Assembly (NCBI GenBank): GCA_963769695.1
Contig: CAVYMX010000001.1
Coordinates: 297,907 to 361,906 of the forward strand
Direction: 5' to 3'
Source: an uncultured Solirubrobacterales bacterium
GTDB lineage: Bacteria > Actinomycetota > Thermoleophilia > Solirubrobacterales > Solirubrobacteraceae
Length of the DNA stretch: 64,000 bases
The translations under genes and the position numbers were made by a program. Shown here piece by piece: positions 46,979-57,106 of this stretch; position 1 is the first letter of the stretch; each line of letters begins with the position of its first letter. The notes under the pieces were generated by a model. It saw only the letters and a list, made by a program, of their open reading frames with translations. It was not told the origin of the DNA and ran no database searches.

Positions 46979-47839
46979 CTAGGACGCGCGGACCTGGACC
47001 GTGTCCCCGAGCCTGATCTCCCCGTCCTTGAGGACGTCGACGCGGAGGCCGCCTCGGTGGACGAGCTCGCGGAGCACGGGCCGCGCCGCATAGCGCTGGA
47101 GCACCGTGCAGGGCTCGCACAGTCTCGTGCCCCGGCAGCGCACTCTGCCGACGCTGAACTCATGCCCGACCAGTCGATTGAGGTCGATCCCTCTGGTGAG
47201 GAGATTGCGTCGGTGATCTTGGGGGCCGAGCGGCGGGTCGAAGGATTCGCACACCTCGGCTGCGATCATCGTCAGTGCGCTTCCCGAAGGCCCCGATGGG
47301 AACGTTCCGGCACCGAGCAGGTACCGGTCGCCCTCGAGCCCTTGGCCCGCAATCGCGCGGGCCGCCGCCAGCGGCTGCATCGGCTCGCCCCCGGCCCGCG
47401 CGACTGAGATCGCCTCAACTGTTCCCGCGCCGGTCGGCGCGGACGGACGGGGCGGAAGCGCGAGCGCGATGTCGGCCGCAGCGACGACGAAGCCGTCCTC
47501 GATCCAGTCGCGCGACGACATCGCGCCGCCGGCCGGATCCCACACGACGCCAGACGGAACGCCGTACATGACGACGCACCGGGGACTGGCCGAATCGGGG
47601 GAGTGGACGCGGGCGATCCACGGTCCCGCCCACGAGAACGAGGATGGCTCGGCAACGCGGACGAGCCCGAGTCCGAGCCCTCCCAGCCAGCGGGACACGG
47701 TCCAGCCCGTTGCCGGATCCTCACCTGGACCGGGCTGCGGCAGGTTCTCGTAGGGCAGCTCGATGATCGTGGCCAGGCACGCGAGGAACGACTCCGCTTC
47801 AATCGGCAACCCGGTGTGCGGAACAGTTGCCTCTCGCAT
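46979..47839 (-). CDS. MOSC domain protein with uncharacterised N-terminal domain
   Basis: GLEGDRY, RRNLLTRGIDLN, LCEPC, GGLR..G.I..GD. Confidence 0.85.
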   Translation of the reverse strand: MREATVPHTGLPIEAESFLACLATIIELPYENLPQPGPGEDPATGWTVSRWLGGLGLGLVRVAEPSSFSWAGPWIARVHSPDSASPRCVVMYGVPSGVVWDPAGGAMSSRDWIEDGFVVAAADIALALPPRPSAPTGAGTVEAISVARAGGEPMQPLAAARAIAGQGLEGDRYLLGAGTFPSGPSGSALTMIAAEVCESFDPPLGPQDHRRNLLTRGIDLNRLVGHEFSVGRVRCRGTRLCEPCTVLQRYAARPVLRELVHRGGLRVDVLKDGEIRLGDTVQVRAS

Positions 47840-47968
47840 AGGTTCTGGATGGTTGCATCCAAACCGGCTGCGCGGCGCGCGATGATCCTGCGGGCCGGCC
47901 GCACGGCAGCTCGCTGAGAGTGGCCTGACGAGGGTTTGGAAAGCGCGCCGGACTGCCGATAAGGCTCG

Positions 47969-49069
47969 ATGATGGTCGGACCGGCCCCATCGGCAGGCGC
48001 GTACCTGGCGCCATCCCTGCGCGCCGACAGCGAGGCCGCGGAGCGGCGGACCGTCGGCCGCGTCGCCGGCGTGACGAGCCTGATGGCAGCGCTTGTGGCG
48101 CTGGGAACTCTGCAGCTGCTCAACCCGCACGGCGTGCCGTCGTCGTTCCTCCCCGTGGCCGCGGTGTCGCTGTGTACGAGCGTTGCGTTCTTCTTCGTGC
48201 GCTGGGACCGGCTGTCGCCCCACTGGCTCCATGCGATCCCGATCATCGCGACCGTCGAGACGGCGGCCGGGATCCGCCTGGCCGAGGTCTACGACGACAT
48301 CGCGGCCAACTATTACCTGTTCATCGGGCTGTTCGCCGGCTATGCGTTCTCCTCCCGCCGGGCGGTTGCGGCGCACGTTGCGTTCGCCGCGGCGGCGTCC
48401 GCGCTGCCGCTGCTGTACGACACCCCGCAAGGGAGCGAGACCGCCGCCCGCACGGTCGTGGGGGTGCTCTTGCTGGTCGTGGTCACGGCCATCGTGACGG
48501 TGCTCCGGGAGGGTCTGCAGAAGCGCCAACGCGAGCTGCAGGAACTGGCTGCCCGCGACCCGCTGACGGGCGTTGGCAACTATCGCCTGATGTCAGAGCG
48601 GTTGGACTACGAACTGGCTCGGCACCGCCGGTCGGGCGCATCGCTGACCGTGATGCTGCTGGACCTCGATGGCTTCAAGGAGATCAACGACAGCTTGGGG
48701 CATCTGACCGGAGACCGCGTGCTCGTCGAGGTCGCGGCGGCGCTCGCACGTTCCGTGCGCGCTCAGGACACGGTCGCACGCCAGGGGGGCGACGAGTTCT
48801 CGATCCTGGCTCCCGATACCGGCGACGAACAGGCACGCCGACTCGCGACGCGTGTGCAGAACGCCGTCGCGGATGTCACGAGCGGCAGGCTGAGCACGAG
48901 CGTCGGATGGGTCACGTTTCCCGCCGACGCCCAGGACGCGGGCGCCCTGCTGGCGCTCGCGGACGCCGAGTTGCGGCGGACCAAGCGTGAACGGGGAGCT
49001 GGTCGGGACGGACGTGAGGCGCTCGCCCGAGGCGTCGTTCCGCTGATCGTCGAGCAGTCGATCCGATAG
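47969..49069 (+). CDS. Membrane diguanylate cyclase
   Basis: About 5 TMs, DPLTG, DLDGFKEIND, RAQD I-site, intact GGDEF. Confidence 0.92.
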   Translation: MMVGPAPSAGAYLAPSLRADSEAAERRTVGRVAGVTSLMAALVALGTLQLLNPHGVPSSFLPVAAVSLCTSVAFFFVRWDRLSPHWLHAIPIIATVETAAGIRLAEVYDDIAANYYLFIGLFAGYAFSSRRAVAAHVAFAAAASALPLLYDTPQGSETAARTVVGVLLLVVVTAIVTVLREGLQKRQRELQELAARDPLTGVGNYRLMSERLDYELARHRRSGASLTVMLLDLDGFKEINDSLGHLTGDRVLVEVAAALARSVRAQDTVARQGGDEFSILAPDTGDEQARRLATRVQNAVADVTSGRLSTSVGWVTFPADAQDAGALLALADAELRRTKRERGAGRDGREALARGVVPLIVEQSIR

Positions 49070-49080
49070 CCGGGGAGATC

Positions 49081-49644
49081 CTATGGCCTCTGGACTGCCT
49101 GCACGCTCAGGTAGATCGGGGCCGCGCGGGAGCACGCCGAGAACGGGAACGGGACGACCTTCGAGGTCGTCGCGTTCGGTGGGTAGATGCGCAGGCCGGC
49201 AGCCGTCACCCGGCGACACCCGGAGGACGAAAAGTTACCCGTGTCGACGATTCTCAGCACCGCCGTCGCGGTGGTGCCGTTTGCAAGGACTATCACCCGC
49301 GGCGTGCGCGAGGCGTCGCGGGACGCCGGGCTGCCGAGCTGGTGACCGGCAAGGTCGACCGCCGAGACGCCCGGATAGCCGAGCAGGCTGCAGGTGCGCC
49401 CCGACAGGTTGGTGAACTTGAGCTTGTAGAAGACGCTTCCTGGGACACCATTACCACTCGTGTTCAGCCATACCGCGAGCCCTGATGCGCCACAAGTCGG
49501 AGTGCTGGCAATCGACGCGGCTCCGGCCGCGGAGGGAGCGGCGGCCAGGAGTGTCACTGACGGCCCGACAGACAGCAGCAGCACTGCTAACACGGTCGCG
49601 CGCGCGCCGACGACCCGCCTGCGCGGGTAACAGATTGGATGCAT
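49081..49644 (-). CDS. DUF4232 domain secreted protein
   Basis: Signal peptide, C..SGL, FTN.SG.TC.L.GYPGV, LRIYPP. Confidence 0.8.
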   Translation of the reverse strand: MHPICYPRRRVVGARATVLAVLLLSVGPSVTLLAAAPSAAGAASIASTPTCGASGLAVWLNTSGNGVPGSVFYKLKFTNLSGRTCSLLGYPGVSAVDLAGHQLGSPASRDASRTPRVIVLANGTTATAVLRIVDTGNFSSSGCRRVTAAGLRIYPPNATTSKVVPFPFSACSRAAPIYLSVQAVQRP

Positions 49645-49690
49645 CGTTCGGTCCCTTTGTTCTGGACGGTAAGGAGCGTCGCCGGCGATT

Positions 49691-51121
49691 ATGGCTGCGC
49701 GACCGGATAGTCCGCCGCGTAACCTGGGCGCCGTGGCGCGCTCGATCACCGTCGGCCCACCGCCGAGTAGCTCAATCGAGCTGCCGCCCGGTCCCCGGGC
49801 GCCGGCGACGTGGCAGACGCTCGCCTGGATGGCTCGTCCGGCGGCATTCATGCAACGGCTCCATGAGCGGTTCGGCGATCCGGTCACGATCCGGACGTTC
49901 TGGACCGAGGAGCCGATGGTGTTGTTCTCGCACCCCGACTCGGTGCGCGAGGTGTTCCGGTTGGATGCGGCGATTGCGCCCGCAGGGCGGAGCTGGGAGT
50001 TCCTGCGCCCGTTCGCCGGGGAGCATTCGATTCTGCTGCTCGACGGCGAGGAGCATCTGCGCGAGCGGCGGCTGATGCAGGCCCCATTTCACGGTGAGCG
50101 GATGCGCGCTTTCGCGCCGGTCGTCGGCGAGCTCGCGCGGCGCGAGCTGGACACGTGGGACGGTCGTGTGAACGCGCTCGAGCGGATGCGGCAGCTGACG
50201 CTGGAGATCATGCTCAGGGTGGTGTTCGGCGCTCGCAGCGAGCCCGAGTCCGCACAGCTGCGCGACGTCGTGGAGCGCGCGCTCGGCACCGTTCGCTCGC
50301 TGCCGCAACTGCTCGCGATGGCACTCGTTCGGCGCGATCTCGGTCCGCGCAGCCCGTGGGGACGCTTTCGGGTCGCGGTCGAGCGCTTCGACGCGCTCCT
50401 GTTTGACCTGCTCGAGCGACGGCGATCCGACCCCGGCGGCGAGGAGTCAGTCCTGACGATGTTGCTCGAGCAGCGCGACGAAGCTGGAAACCCGCCGACG
50501 AATCGGCAGCTGCGCGACCAACTGGTGGCGCTGCTGGTGGGCGGTCACGACAGCTCGGCCGCGTCGCTGGCGTGGGCGTTCGAGCGCCTGGCGCACGATC
50601 CCGCCGTGCGGAACCGTCTTGTCGAGGGCGATCCCGCGTATCTCGATGCGGTCGTGAAGGAGGTCCTGCGCGTACGGCCTGCGTTGACGATCGCGCCGCG
50701 GCTGCTGCTGGAGCCGGTTCGAATCGGCGGCCGGATGATGCCGGCCGGGGTGCAGGTTGCGGCGTGCATCTGGCTCTCGCTGCGCCGCGAGGACCTCTGG
50801 CCACAGGCCGCGGCGTTCCGTCCCGACAGATGGCTCGACGGCGGCTCGAGGCATCCACCGCCGCCGTCGTGGATTCCGTTCGGCGGCGGCGTGCGGCGCT
50901 GCGCCGGGGCGCCATTTGCCGAGATGGAGATGCGCGAGGTGCTGCGCGCCGCCGCGGAGCTGCGGATCCGGCCGGTCCGCTCCCAAAGCGAGCGCGCGCG
51001 GCGCAGCATGCTCGTCGTCGTGCCGGATCGTGGCGGCGAGTTGTTTATCGACGCGAGGCGAGGCAGCGCCAGTTCAACCGCCGCGGAGCAGGCTCGGCAG
51101 CTTGATCACCAGCCGCGGTAA
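49691..51121 (+). CDS. Cytochrome P450
   Basis: EVLR (ExxR), FRPDRW, PFGGGVRRCAG heme motif. Start may be GTG at 49733. Confidence 0.93.
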   Translation: MAARPDSPPRNLGAVARSITVGPPPSSSIELPPGPRAPATWQTLAWMARPAAFMQRLHERFGDPVTIRTFWTEEPMVLFSHPDSVREVFRLDAAIAPAGRSWEFLRPFAGEHSILLLDGEEHLRERRLMQAPFHGERMRAFAPVVGELARRELDTWDGRVNALERMRQLTLEIMLRVVFGARSEPESAQLRDVVERALGTVRSLPQLLAMALVRRDLGPRSPWGRFRVAVERFDALLFDLLERRRSDPGGEESVLTMLLEQRDEAGNPPTNRQLRDQLVALLVGGHDSSAASLAWAFERLAHDPAVRNRLVEGDPAYLDAVVKEVLRVRPALTIAPRLLLEPVRIGGRMMPAGVQVAACIWLSLRREDLWPQAAAFRPDRWLDGGSRHPPPPSWIPFGGGVRRCAGAPFAEMEMREVLRAAAELRIRPVRSQSERARRSMLVVVPDRGGELFIDARRGSASSTAAEQARQLDHQPR

Positions 51122-51667
51122 GTCGGAGCGTGAGTTGGCCAGCGCTTCCTGGATCGCAGCGGCGGCGTCTGATTCGAGCGGCTTGCCGTGACCGACGAGC
51201 AGCATCGTCGCGTCGTAGGCCGAGAGCTGCGCTCGCGGAGGCGTGAGGCGCAGCAGCGGATGAACCCCCACGCGGCGTCCGAGCGCAAAGGCGGGGGCGG
51301 TCCCGAGCGCCTCGGCCACGATCAGCGCACGCTCCTGGGCCCACCACAGCGCGACCTCCTTCCAACCCCAGCGCGAGATGACCGGCACCACCTCGAACGG
51401 CGTATCGGGCGCCCGGTCGGGAAGCCGCAGCAGCGGCACACCTAGGCGGGTCGCGATCTGCGCGCACTCACGGTTGTGTCGATCGAGCAGCTGGAAGACG
51501 CCCGCCGGCTGACCGAGGGCCGCTGCCGCCTCGAGTGCCGGCGGGTCGTCGAACGGATCGACCAGCCACACTCGCTCGCCGCTCACGAGAGCGTGTGCGG
51601 TTCGGGCCATTGCGCTGGCCTCGATCCAACTGACCCCAAGTGCGTGACGCTGCAGCGTGGCCGTCAT
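51074..51667 (-). CDS. Hypothetical protein, degenerate MBL-like fold
   Basis: VWLVDP, LLDRHNRE, LLVGHG. Confidence 0.65.
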   Translation of the reverse strand: MTATLQRHALGVSWIEASAMARTAHALVSGERVWLVDPFDDPPALEAAAALGQPAGVFQLLDRHNRECAQIATRLGVPLLRLPDRAPDTPFEVVPVISRWGWKEVALWWAQERALIVAEALGTAPAFALGRRVGVHPLLRLTPPRAQLSAYDATMLLVGHGKPLESDAAAAIQEALANSRSDLPRLVIKLPSLLRGG

Positions 51668-52318
51668 CTAATCGAGACCTGGCTCGCACTCCGCGTTGAC
51701 GTACCCGGAGCGGAACGGACTCGCCTCGCCGGTGCGCTCGTCGTAGGTGTGACGCCAGACGCAGCCGGTGTCGTTGGCGAGTAGGTGGATCGAGACTGAA
51801 GTCTGCTCTGAGGTCGTCCGCACGCGATGCACGTCATCGCGCGGCGGCAGCAGCGCGTAGAAGTCACCGGGGTCGAGTGGCCGTCGGCGGACGAGCGCGA
51901 GTCGCCCGTCGCCCGGCCGGTAGAACTCCTCGTTTTGGTTGCCCCGGTAGACCCCGACGAGGCCCCACGCCAGGTGATCGTGGACGGGTGTCATCGCGCC
52001 CGCGGGGACGACGAGGCTGAACAGCGACAGCGACCGGTCCGCGGCGCGAAACACCAGCCACTGGCCGATTCCACCGCCCATCCCGCTTGCGGGCGCCGGT
52101 TCCTGATACGAGCCCGGCAGCCAATCGCGATCGGCGAGCAGTTCTGTGAACAGCGGGCCGATCAGCTCGCAGGCGTCCGCCGGCGCGCGGGCCCGAGCGA
52201 TCCGCGCGCGAACCTCCGCGATGAAACCGTGCACGCGGGCCGTGTCGAGCCGGTACTCGTCGGCCTCTAGCGGCGCCAGCGGCTCGGGATGCTCGTGAAG
52301 GTCACACACCTCAGCCAT
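51668..52318 (-). CDS. Cysteine/thiol dioxygenase family cupin
   Basis: TPVHDHLAWG, DVHRV, SIHL. Confidence 0.85.
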   Translation of the reverse strand: MAEVCDLHEHPEPLAPLEADEYRLDTARVHGFIAEVRARIARARAPADACELIGPLFTELLADRDWLPGSYQEPAPASGMGGGIGQWLVFRAADRSLSLFSLVVPAGAMTPVHDHLAWGLVGVYRGNQNEEFYRPGDGRLALVRRRPLDPGDFYALLPPRDDVHRVRTTSEQTSVSIHLLANDTGCVWRHTYDERTGEASPFRSGYVNAECEPGLD

Positions 52319-52378
52319 GAAGCCTGACAGCTTCGCGAGACCTGATGTGGCCGGCAGGGGCGTTTAGCCTTTCCGGCT

Positions 52379-53569
52379 GTGGCGCCGAAGCACTGGACGG
52401 GCATCGCCGCCGGCGACTCCGCCTACATCGTTGCCTTCACCGACTGGCTCGCCTGCGCATGCGGTGGCGCGCAGGAGCGTGCTGCCAGGGCGATGCGCGC
52501 CTCTGGCGAGGACCTGTTGGCCGATGTCGCGTTCGCGGCGACCGCCGGTCACGTGCTCGACTTCGACGACACCTTCCCCGAGGGGGTGGCGCACGTCAGC
52601 GCCACGAGTGCGCCGGCCGCGCTGGTCCTGGCGGCACATCTGGAACTGTCGCTCGGCGCGGCCCTCGCTGCGTATGCGGAGGGCTACGAGGCGATGGCCG
52701 CGGCTGCCGCGGCGAGCCATCCCGCGCTGTACGACGCGGGCTGGCATCCGACGGCCGTGTGTGGCCCGATCGGTGCGGCGATCGCCGCCTGCTGCCTGCT
52801 CGACCTGCGCTCGGCGCAGCGGGCGAACGCGATCGGGCTCGCGCTGCTGCGTGCCGGGGGGACGCGCGGCGCGTTTGGCTCGGACGGGAAGGCGATCCAG
52901 GTCGGTCAGGCAGCCGCGGCCGGGGTGCAGGGCGCACTGCTCGCGCGTTCGGGGGCGGCTGTCGATCCGCGCGCGATTCACGGTCCAATCGGGTTAGAGG
53001 GCGCTGCTGACGCTGCGGGCGCAGCGGGCGCGGCGCGCGCCGTCGAGCGCAACTGGATCAAGCTGTATCCGAGTTGCCTGGGCACGCATGCGCCGATCGA
53101 GGCCGCAGCGCAGGCCCGCGCGGGCGGCTACCGGCTGGGTCACGCCGGGGTCACCGTCAATGTCCACCCGGTCGCCCGTCAGGCAGCCCACCTTGACGCA
53201 GTGGGGGACGGGTTGTCGGCCAAGTTCTCGATCCCATACTGCGTCGCGCACACGCTCGCCCACGGGCCTCCGGGCGTGCGGGACTTCGCCGCGATCGATG
53301 CTGACGTTGTGGGCCTTTCACGGCTCGTGAGCGTGACCGTCGACGGATCGCTGCCGCAGTTCGGAGCGGTGTTGACCGCCGGCGGGCGGGAGCTCGCTCG
53401 GATCCCCTGCCCCCGCGGGACGCCCGAGCGGCCGGTCAAGGCGCGAGACCTCGCTGCGAAGGTGAGTGATCTCGCCGGCGATCGGCTCGATGGCGTACTC
53501 GATGACCTCGAGGCGCCGGCCGGCGCTGTTCTCCAGGCGGCGGGTCTGGGCCCCGGCCCGCCGCTTTAG
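52379..53569 (+). CDS. MmgE/PrpD family protein
   Basis: GHVLDFDDT, GWHPT, KLYPSC, KFSIPY. Confidence 0.88.
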   Translation: MAPKHWTGIAAGDSAYIVAFTDWLACACGGAQERAARAMRASGEDLLADVAFAATAGHVLDFDDTFPEGVAHVSATSAPAALVLAAHLELSLGAALAAYAEGYEAMAAAAAASHPALYDAGWHPTAVCGPIGAAIAACCLLDLRSAQRANAIGLALLRAGGTRGAFGSDGKAIQVGQAAAAGVQGALLARSGAAVDPRAIHGPIGLEGAADAAGAAGAARAVERNWIKLYPSCLGTHAPIEAAAQARAGGYRLGHAGVTVNVHPVARQAAHLDAVGDGLSAKFSIPYCVAHTLAHGPPGVRDFAAIDADVVGLSRLVSVTVDGSLPQFGAVLTAGGRELARIPCPRGTPERPVKARDLAAKVSDLAGDRLDGVLDDLEAPAGAVLQAAGLGPGPPL

Positions 53570-54105
53570 CCCGGCGACAGCTCGGACGGATCGGCGGGTC
53601 CGTGCCGAGGCCGTCGCCGTTCGTGGCGGGGGTGGGGAGGAGGCTTGATGGTGTCGATGCCAGGCGGCTCGCCGGCCCAAATGAGCAGGACCTGACATGG
53701 GGCGTGATCGACGACGAACCGAGTGCGCGGCCCCAGGCTTGGCGGCCCGAGTCGGAGCTCGCCGTCGCGTGCGAGCACGACCAGGTCGGCCTCGGCGCAG
53801 GCGGCGAGGACCTCGCGCTCGATGCGCCCGCGCCGGGCGATCAGCTGTGCAGGTCGGCTCAGGCGGCTGCGAGCCGCGTCCAGGAGCGCCCGGGCCTCCT
53901 CGTCGGCAATTGCGCGCAGCGGTGGACCCGGCCGCGGCGGTGGGTGGCGACCGAGCAAACCGGCAGCGCCGCCCGCGACCACTTCTTCCACGTCTCCGGG
54001 CGCGACGTGCAGCAATGTCACCTCAGCGTCGTCGCGCAGGGCGATGCTTGCGCCGTCGACGCACGCCTCCCACGTGTTCTCGGCTATCCAGACCAGGGCG
54101 CGCAT
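53566..54105 (-). CDS. Universal stress protein
   Basis: VTLLHV, ADLVVL, LGPRTRFVVDHAPCQVL. Confidence 0.85.
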   Translation of the reverse strand: MRALVWIAENTWEACVDGASIALRDDAEVTLLHVAPGDVEEVVAGGAAGLLGRHPPPRPGPPLRAIADEEARALLDAARSRLSRPAQLIARRGRIEREVLAACAEADLVVLARDGELRLGPPSLGPRTRFVVDHAPCQVLLIWAGEPPGIDTIKPPPHPRHERRRPRHGPADPSELSPG

Positions 54106-55334
54106 CACAGGACCCGCAGAGCCAACCACAACGCGGCCGTCGAGACCAGCAACACCGAGGGGACTGTAATTGCCCCCAGGCGCGTGAACTCGCGGATGTC
54201 GGTGTCGTGGTCGTGTGCGTGCACGATCCGCCGCCATAGCAGTGTCGCCAGCGACCCGACATAGGTCAGGTTAGGGCCGACGTTGACGCCCACGAGCATC
54301 GCCAGCACCGCTCCCTGACCGCTGAGGGCCGCCGCCGGCAGGATGATCAGCGTCGCCGGCAGGTTGTTGACGAGGTTGGCAAGAATTGCGCCGATCACGG
54401 CGATCGCCAGCAGCGCCGGCAACGCGGTGCCGTGAGGGACGAGCGAGTCGACGGCGGTAGAAAGGCCGTGCCGGCTCGCCGCGCTCACGACGACGCCAAG
54501 ACCGAGGACAAAGACCAGGAAGGTCGGCTCGGCGGCGCGCACGAGCTCCTTCGGCGCCGGCCGTTGTTGCACCGCCATCACGATCGCGCCGGCGGCCGCC
54601 ACCCACACCGGTTCGATCCCGATCACCGAGCTGAGCCCGAAGCCGACCAGCGTCAACGCGACCACGCACAACGCAAACACCGGAAGCTGAACTCGGCCTT
54701 CGGTCTGCTGGACCGAGACCGCCGAGCGGCCAAGTTCAGCCGCGAACGACCGTCTGAGGACGAGCCACTCGATCAGCAGCGCGACCAGCCACGGGAGCGC
54801 CATCAATTCCCCAAAGCGCGCAAACGACAAGCCGCTGGCTCGGAACGCGAGCAGGTTGGTTAGGTTCGAGACCGGCAGCACAAGTGACGCGGTGTTCGCG
54901 AGATGGGAGCACGCGTAGACATGCGGACGAGGATTGGTGCGCAATCTCGCCGAAGTTACGAACACGATCGGGGTCAGCAGGACAATCGTCGCGTCGAGGC
55001 TCAGCACCGCGGTCGTTGCCGAGGCGGCCAGGAACACCATCCCCAGCAGCCTCCCCGGACGGCCGCGTGCGCCGACCGCCATCCAGACCCCGAGCGCGTC
55101 GAACATCCCCGCGCGCCGGCAGCCGTCGGCGAGCAGCAGCAGCGCGGCAAGAAACCCGACGGTCGGGCCCAACTCCCGGAGCGCATCGCGCGCGCCCATG
55201 AAACTGAGGACCCCCACGGCCACGAGCAGCAGCGCCGCGCCCACCGCAACCGCCCATTCGGGGGCCCACCGGGGCTGCGTGACAGCCGCGGCCAGCGTCG
55301 CGAGCAGCGCGAGAAGCGCAACCGCCTCGCTCAT
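54105..55334 (-). CDS. ArsB/NhaD family anion transporter
   Basis: SLDATIVLLTP, LPVSNLTNL, NNLPA, GVNVGPNLTYVGSLATLLW. Confidence 0.9.
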   Translation of the reverse strand: MSEAVALLALLATLAAAVTQPRWAPEWAVAVGAALLLVAVGVLSFMGARDALRELGPTVGFLAALLLLADGCRRAGMFDALGVWMAVGARGRPGRLLGMVFLAASATTAVLSLDATIVLLTPIVFVTSARLRTNPRPHVYACSHLANTASLVLPVSNLTNLLAFRASGLSFARFGELMALPWLVALLIEWLVLRRSFAAELGRSAVSVQQTEGRVQLPVFALCVVALTLVGFGLSSVIGIEPVWVAAAGAIVMAVQQRPAPKELVRAAEPTFLVFVLGLGVVVSAASRHGLSTAVDSLVPHGTALPALLAIAVIGAILANLVNNLPATLIILPAAALSGQGAVLAMLVGVNVGPNLTYVGSLATLLWRRIVHAHDHDTDIREFTRLGAITVPSVLLVSTAALWLALRVL

Positions 55335-55424
55335 GGCCGATCGATGTGGTCGCGCACCTACCCATCATTACCCGCCCCGACTTCCCGCGTCACGCAGCCA
55401 TCGCCGCCGCGCGATACTTGAGCG

Positions 55425-55817
55425 ATGAGCGACCGTAACGTGCTCGGCGGCCGACTCGAGAGCTGCAGCGAAGCTCCGCTGACCGGCTTCTACCGAGACG
55501 GATGCTGCCACACCGGCCCCGAAGATCGAGGCAGTCACACAATCTGCGCCGTGGTCACGGCGGAGTTCCTGGAACACCAGCGACGGATCGGTAACGACCT
55601 CGTCACTCCGGTTCCCGAGTATCGCTTTCCCGGGCTGGTACCCGGCGACCGCTGGTGCGTGACCGCGGGCAACTGGCTGCGGGCGCACCACGACGACGCC
55701 GCCGCCTACGTCGTGCTCGCCTCCACCCATGAGCGCGCGCTCGACATCGTTCCCCTCGCCGCGCTGGAGGAGTGCGCGGTCGATGTACCGGCGGACCCAG
55801 GGCCACTGACGGACTGA
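55425..55817 (+). CDS. DUF2237 family protein
   Basis: NVLGG.L..C, TGFYRDGCC, GNDL.TP, PGDRWC. Confidence 0.9.
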   Translation: MSDRNVLGGRLESCSEAPLTGFYRDGCCHTGPEDRGSHTICAVVTAEFLEHQRRIGNDLVTPVPEYRFPGLVPGDRWCVTAGNWLRAHHDDAAAYVVLASTHERALDIVPLAALEECAVDVPADPGPLTD

Positions 55818-55849
55818 CGGATTTCGGTCGGCACAATCCTTCCCCGGTG

Positions 55850-57106
55850 CTAGTGAGCGCTGAGCATCGCCTTCGCGGGCGGGCCATCCAGACCGCGCTC
55901 ACGGCGCATCGCGGCGACGCCGAGGATCGCTGCCGCAGCGCACGCGACCGCGCCGAGCCCGAGGCCGGCACGGGCGCCGACCGTGGCCATCACGACGCCG
56001 ACGATCGGACCACCGAGCGGGGTCGAGCCCTGGAAGGCGACGAACCACAGCGACATCACGCGGCCTCGCATCGCCGGCTCGGCGGTGAGCTGCAGCGTCG
56101 AGTTGCCCGTGGACATGAACGAGATGCTTGCCGCGCCGGCGAACGCCAGCGCTGCCAACTCGAGCGGCAGGCCGGGAGCCAGGGCTGCGAACGTCACCGT
56201 CGCGCCGAACGCGCACGCCGCGATCACAAGCGGAGCGAGCCCGGTCTTGCCCCGCGCGGCGACCCGCAGCCCGCCGACGATCGCTCCCACCCCCATCGCG
56301 GCGGTCATGAAGCCGAAGCCGGCCGGGCCCACGTGGAGGCCTCGGCTGGCCATCACCGGCAGCGAGACCTGAAATTCGTACGTCAAGCAGCCGACGATCC
56401 CCATCATCAGCAACGGCATCGCGAGCGCGGGTGTTGAGCGCACGTAGCGCAGGCCTTCCCGGAGCTGGCCCTTCGCGCGTGGGGTCGGCTCGGTGGGGGA
56501 GAGGGCCGCTTTGTCGAGCGTCACCAGAGAGGCGACGACGGCGACGAAGCTTGCCGCATTGACGAGGAAGCAGACCCCGTCGCCGACGGTGGCGATCAGG
56601 ATGCCGGCGATGGCCGGACCGATCGCGCGGGCGACGTTGACGAGCACCGAGTTGAGGCTGACGGCGTTTCGCAGGTGCTCGGACCCGACCATCTCGAGCA
56701 TGAACGATTGGCGAGACGGGTTCTCAAATGCATTGTTGACGCCAAGTAGCGCGGCCAGGATTCCGATCTCCCACACCCGGACCGCGCCGGCCACGGTCAG
56801 CAGCCCGAGCACGAGCGCCTGGATCCCCATCGCGGTCTGCAACGCGATCATCAGCCGTCGCTTGTCGACGCGGTCGGCGATCACGCCGCCGTACGGTGCG
56901 AGCAGCAGCACGGGGATCGTCTGGAGCGCGACGATCACGCCCAGCACGGTGCTCGAGTGCGTCAGCGTCAGCACCAGCCACGCCTGCGCGGTCATCTGCA
57001 TCCACGTCCCGGTCAGCGAGATCGCCTGACCGCTGATGTAGCGGCGGTAGTTCGGTACCGCGAGTGCGGCGAACGTGATCTTGCTGATCCGTCTCACGCG
57101 CGTCAT
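55850..57106 (-). CDS. MFS transporter (MFS_3-like)
   Basis: GTWMQ..AQAWLV, GGVIADRVDKRR, RGRVMS. Confidence 0.92.
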   Translation of the reverse strand: MTRVRRISKITFAALAVPNYRRYISGQAISLTGTWMQMTAQAWLVLTLTHSSTVLGVIVALQTIPVLLLAPYGGVIADRVDKRRLMIALQTAMGIQALVLGLLTVAGAVRVWEIGILAALLGVNNAFENPSRQSFMLEMVGSEHLRNAVSLNSVLVNVARAIGPAIAGILIATVGDGVCFLVNAASFVAVVASLVTLDKAALSPTEPTPRAKGQLREGLRYVRSTPALAMPLLMMGIVGCLTYEFQVSLPVMASRGLHVGPAGFGFMTAAMGVGAIVGGLRVAARGKTGLAPLVIAACAFGATVTFAALAPGLPLELAALAFAGAASISFMSTGNSTLQLTAEPAMRGRVMSLWFVAFQGSTPLGGPIVGVVMATVGARAGLGLGAVACAAAAILGVAAMRRERGLDGPPAKAMLSAH

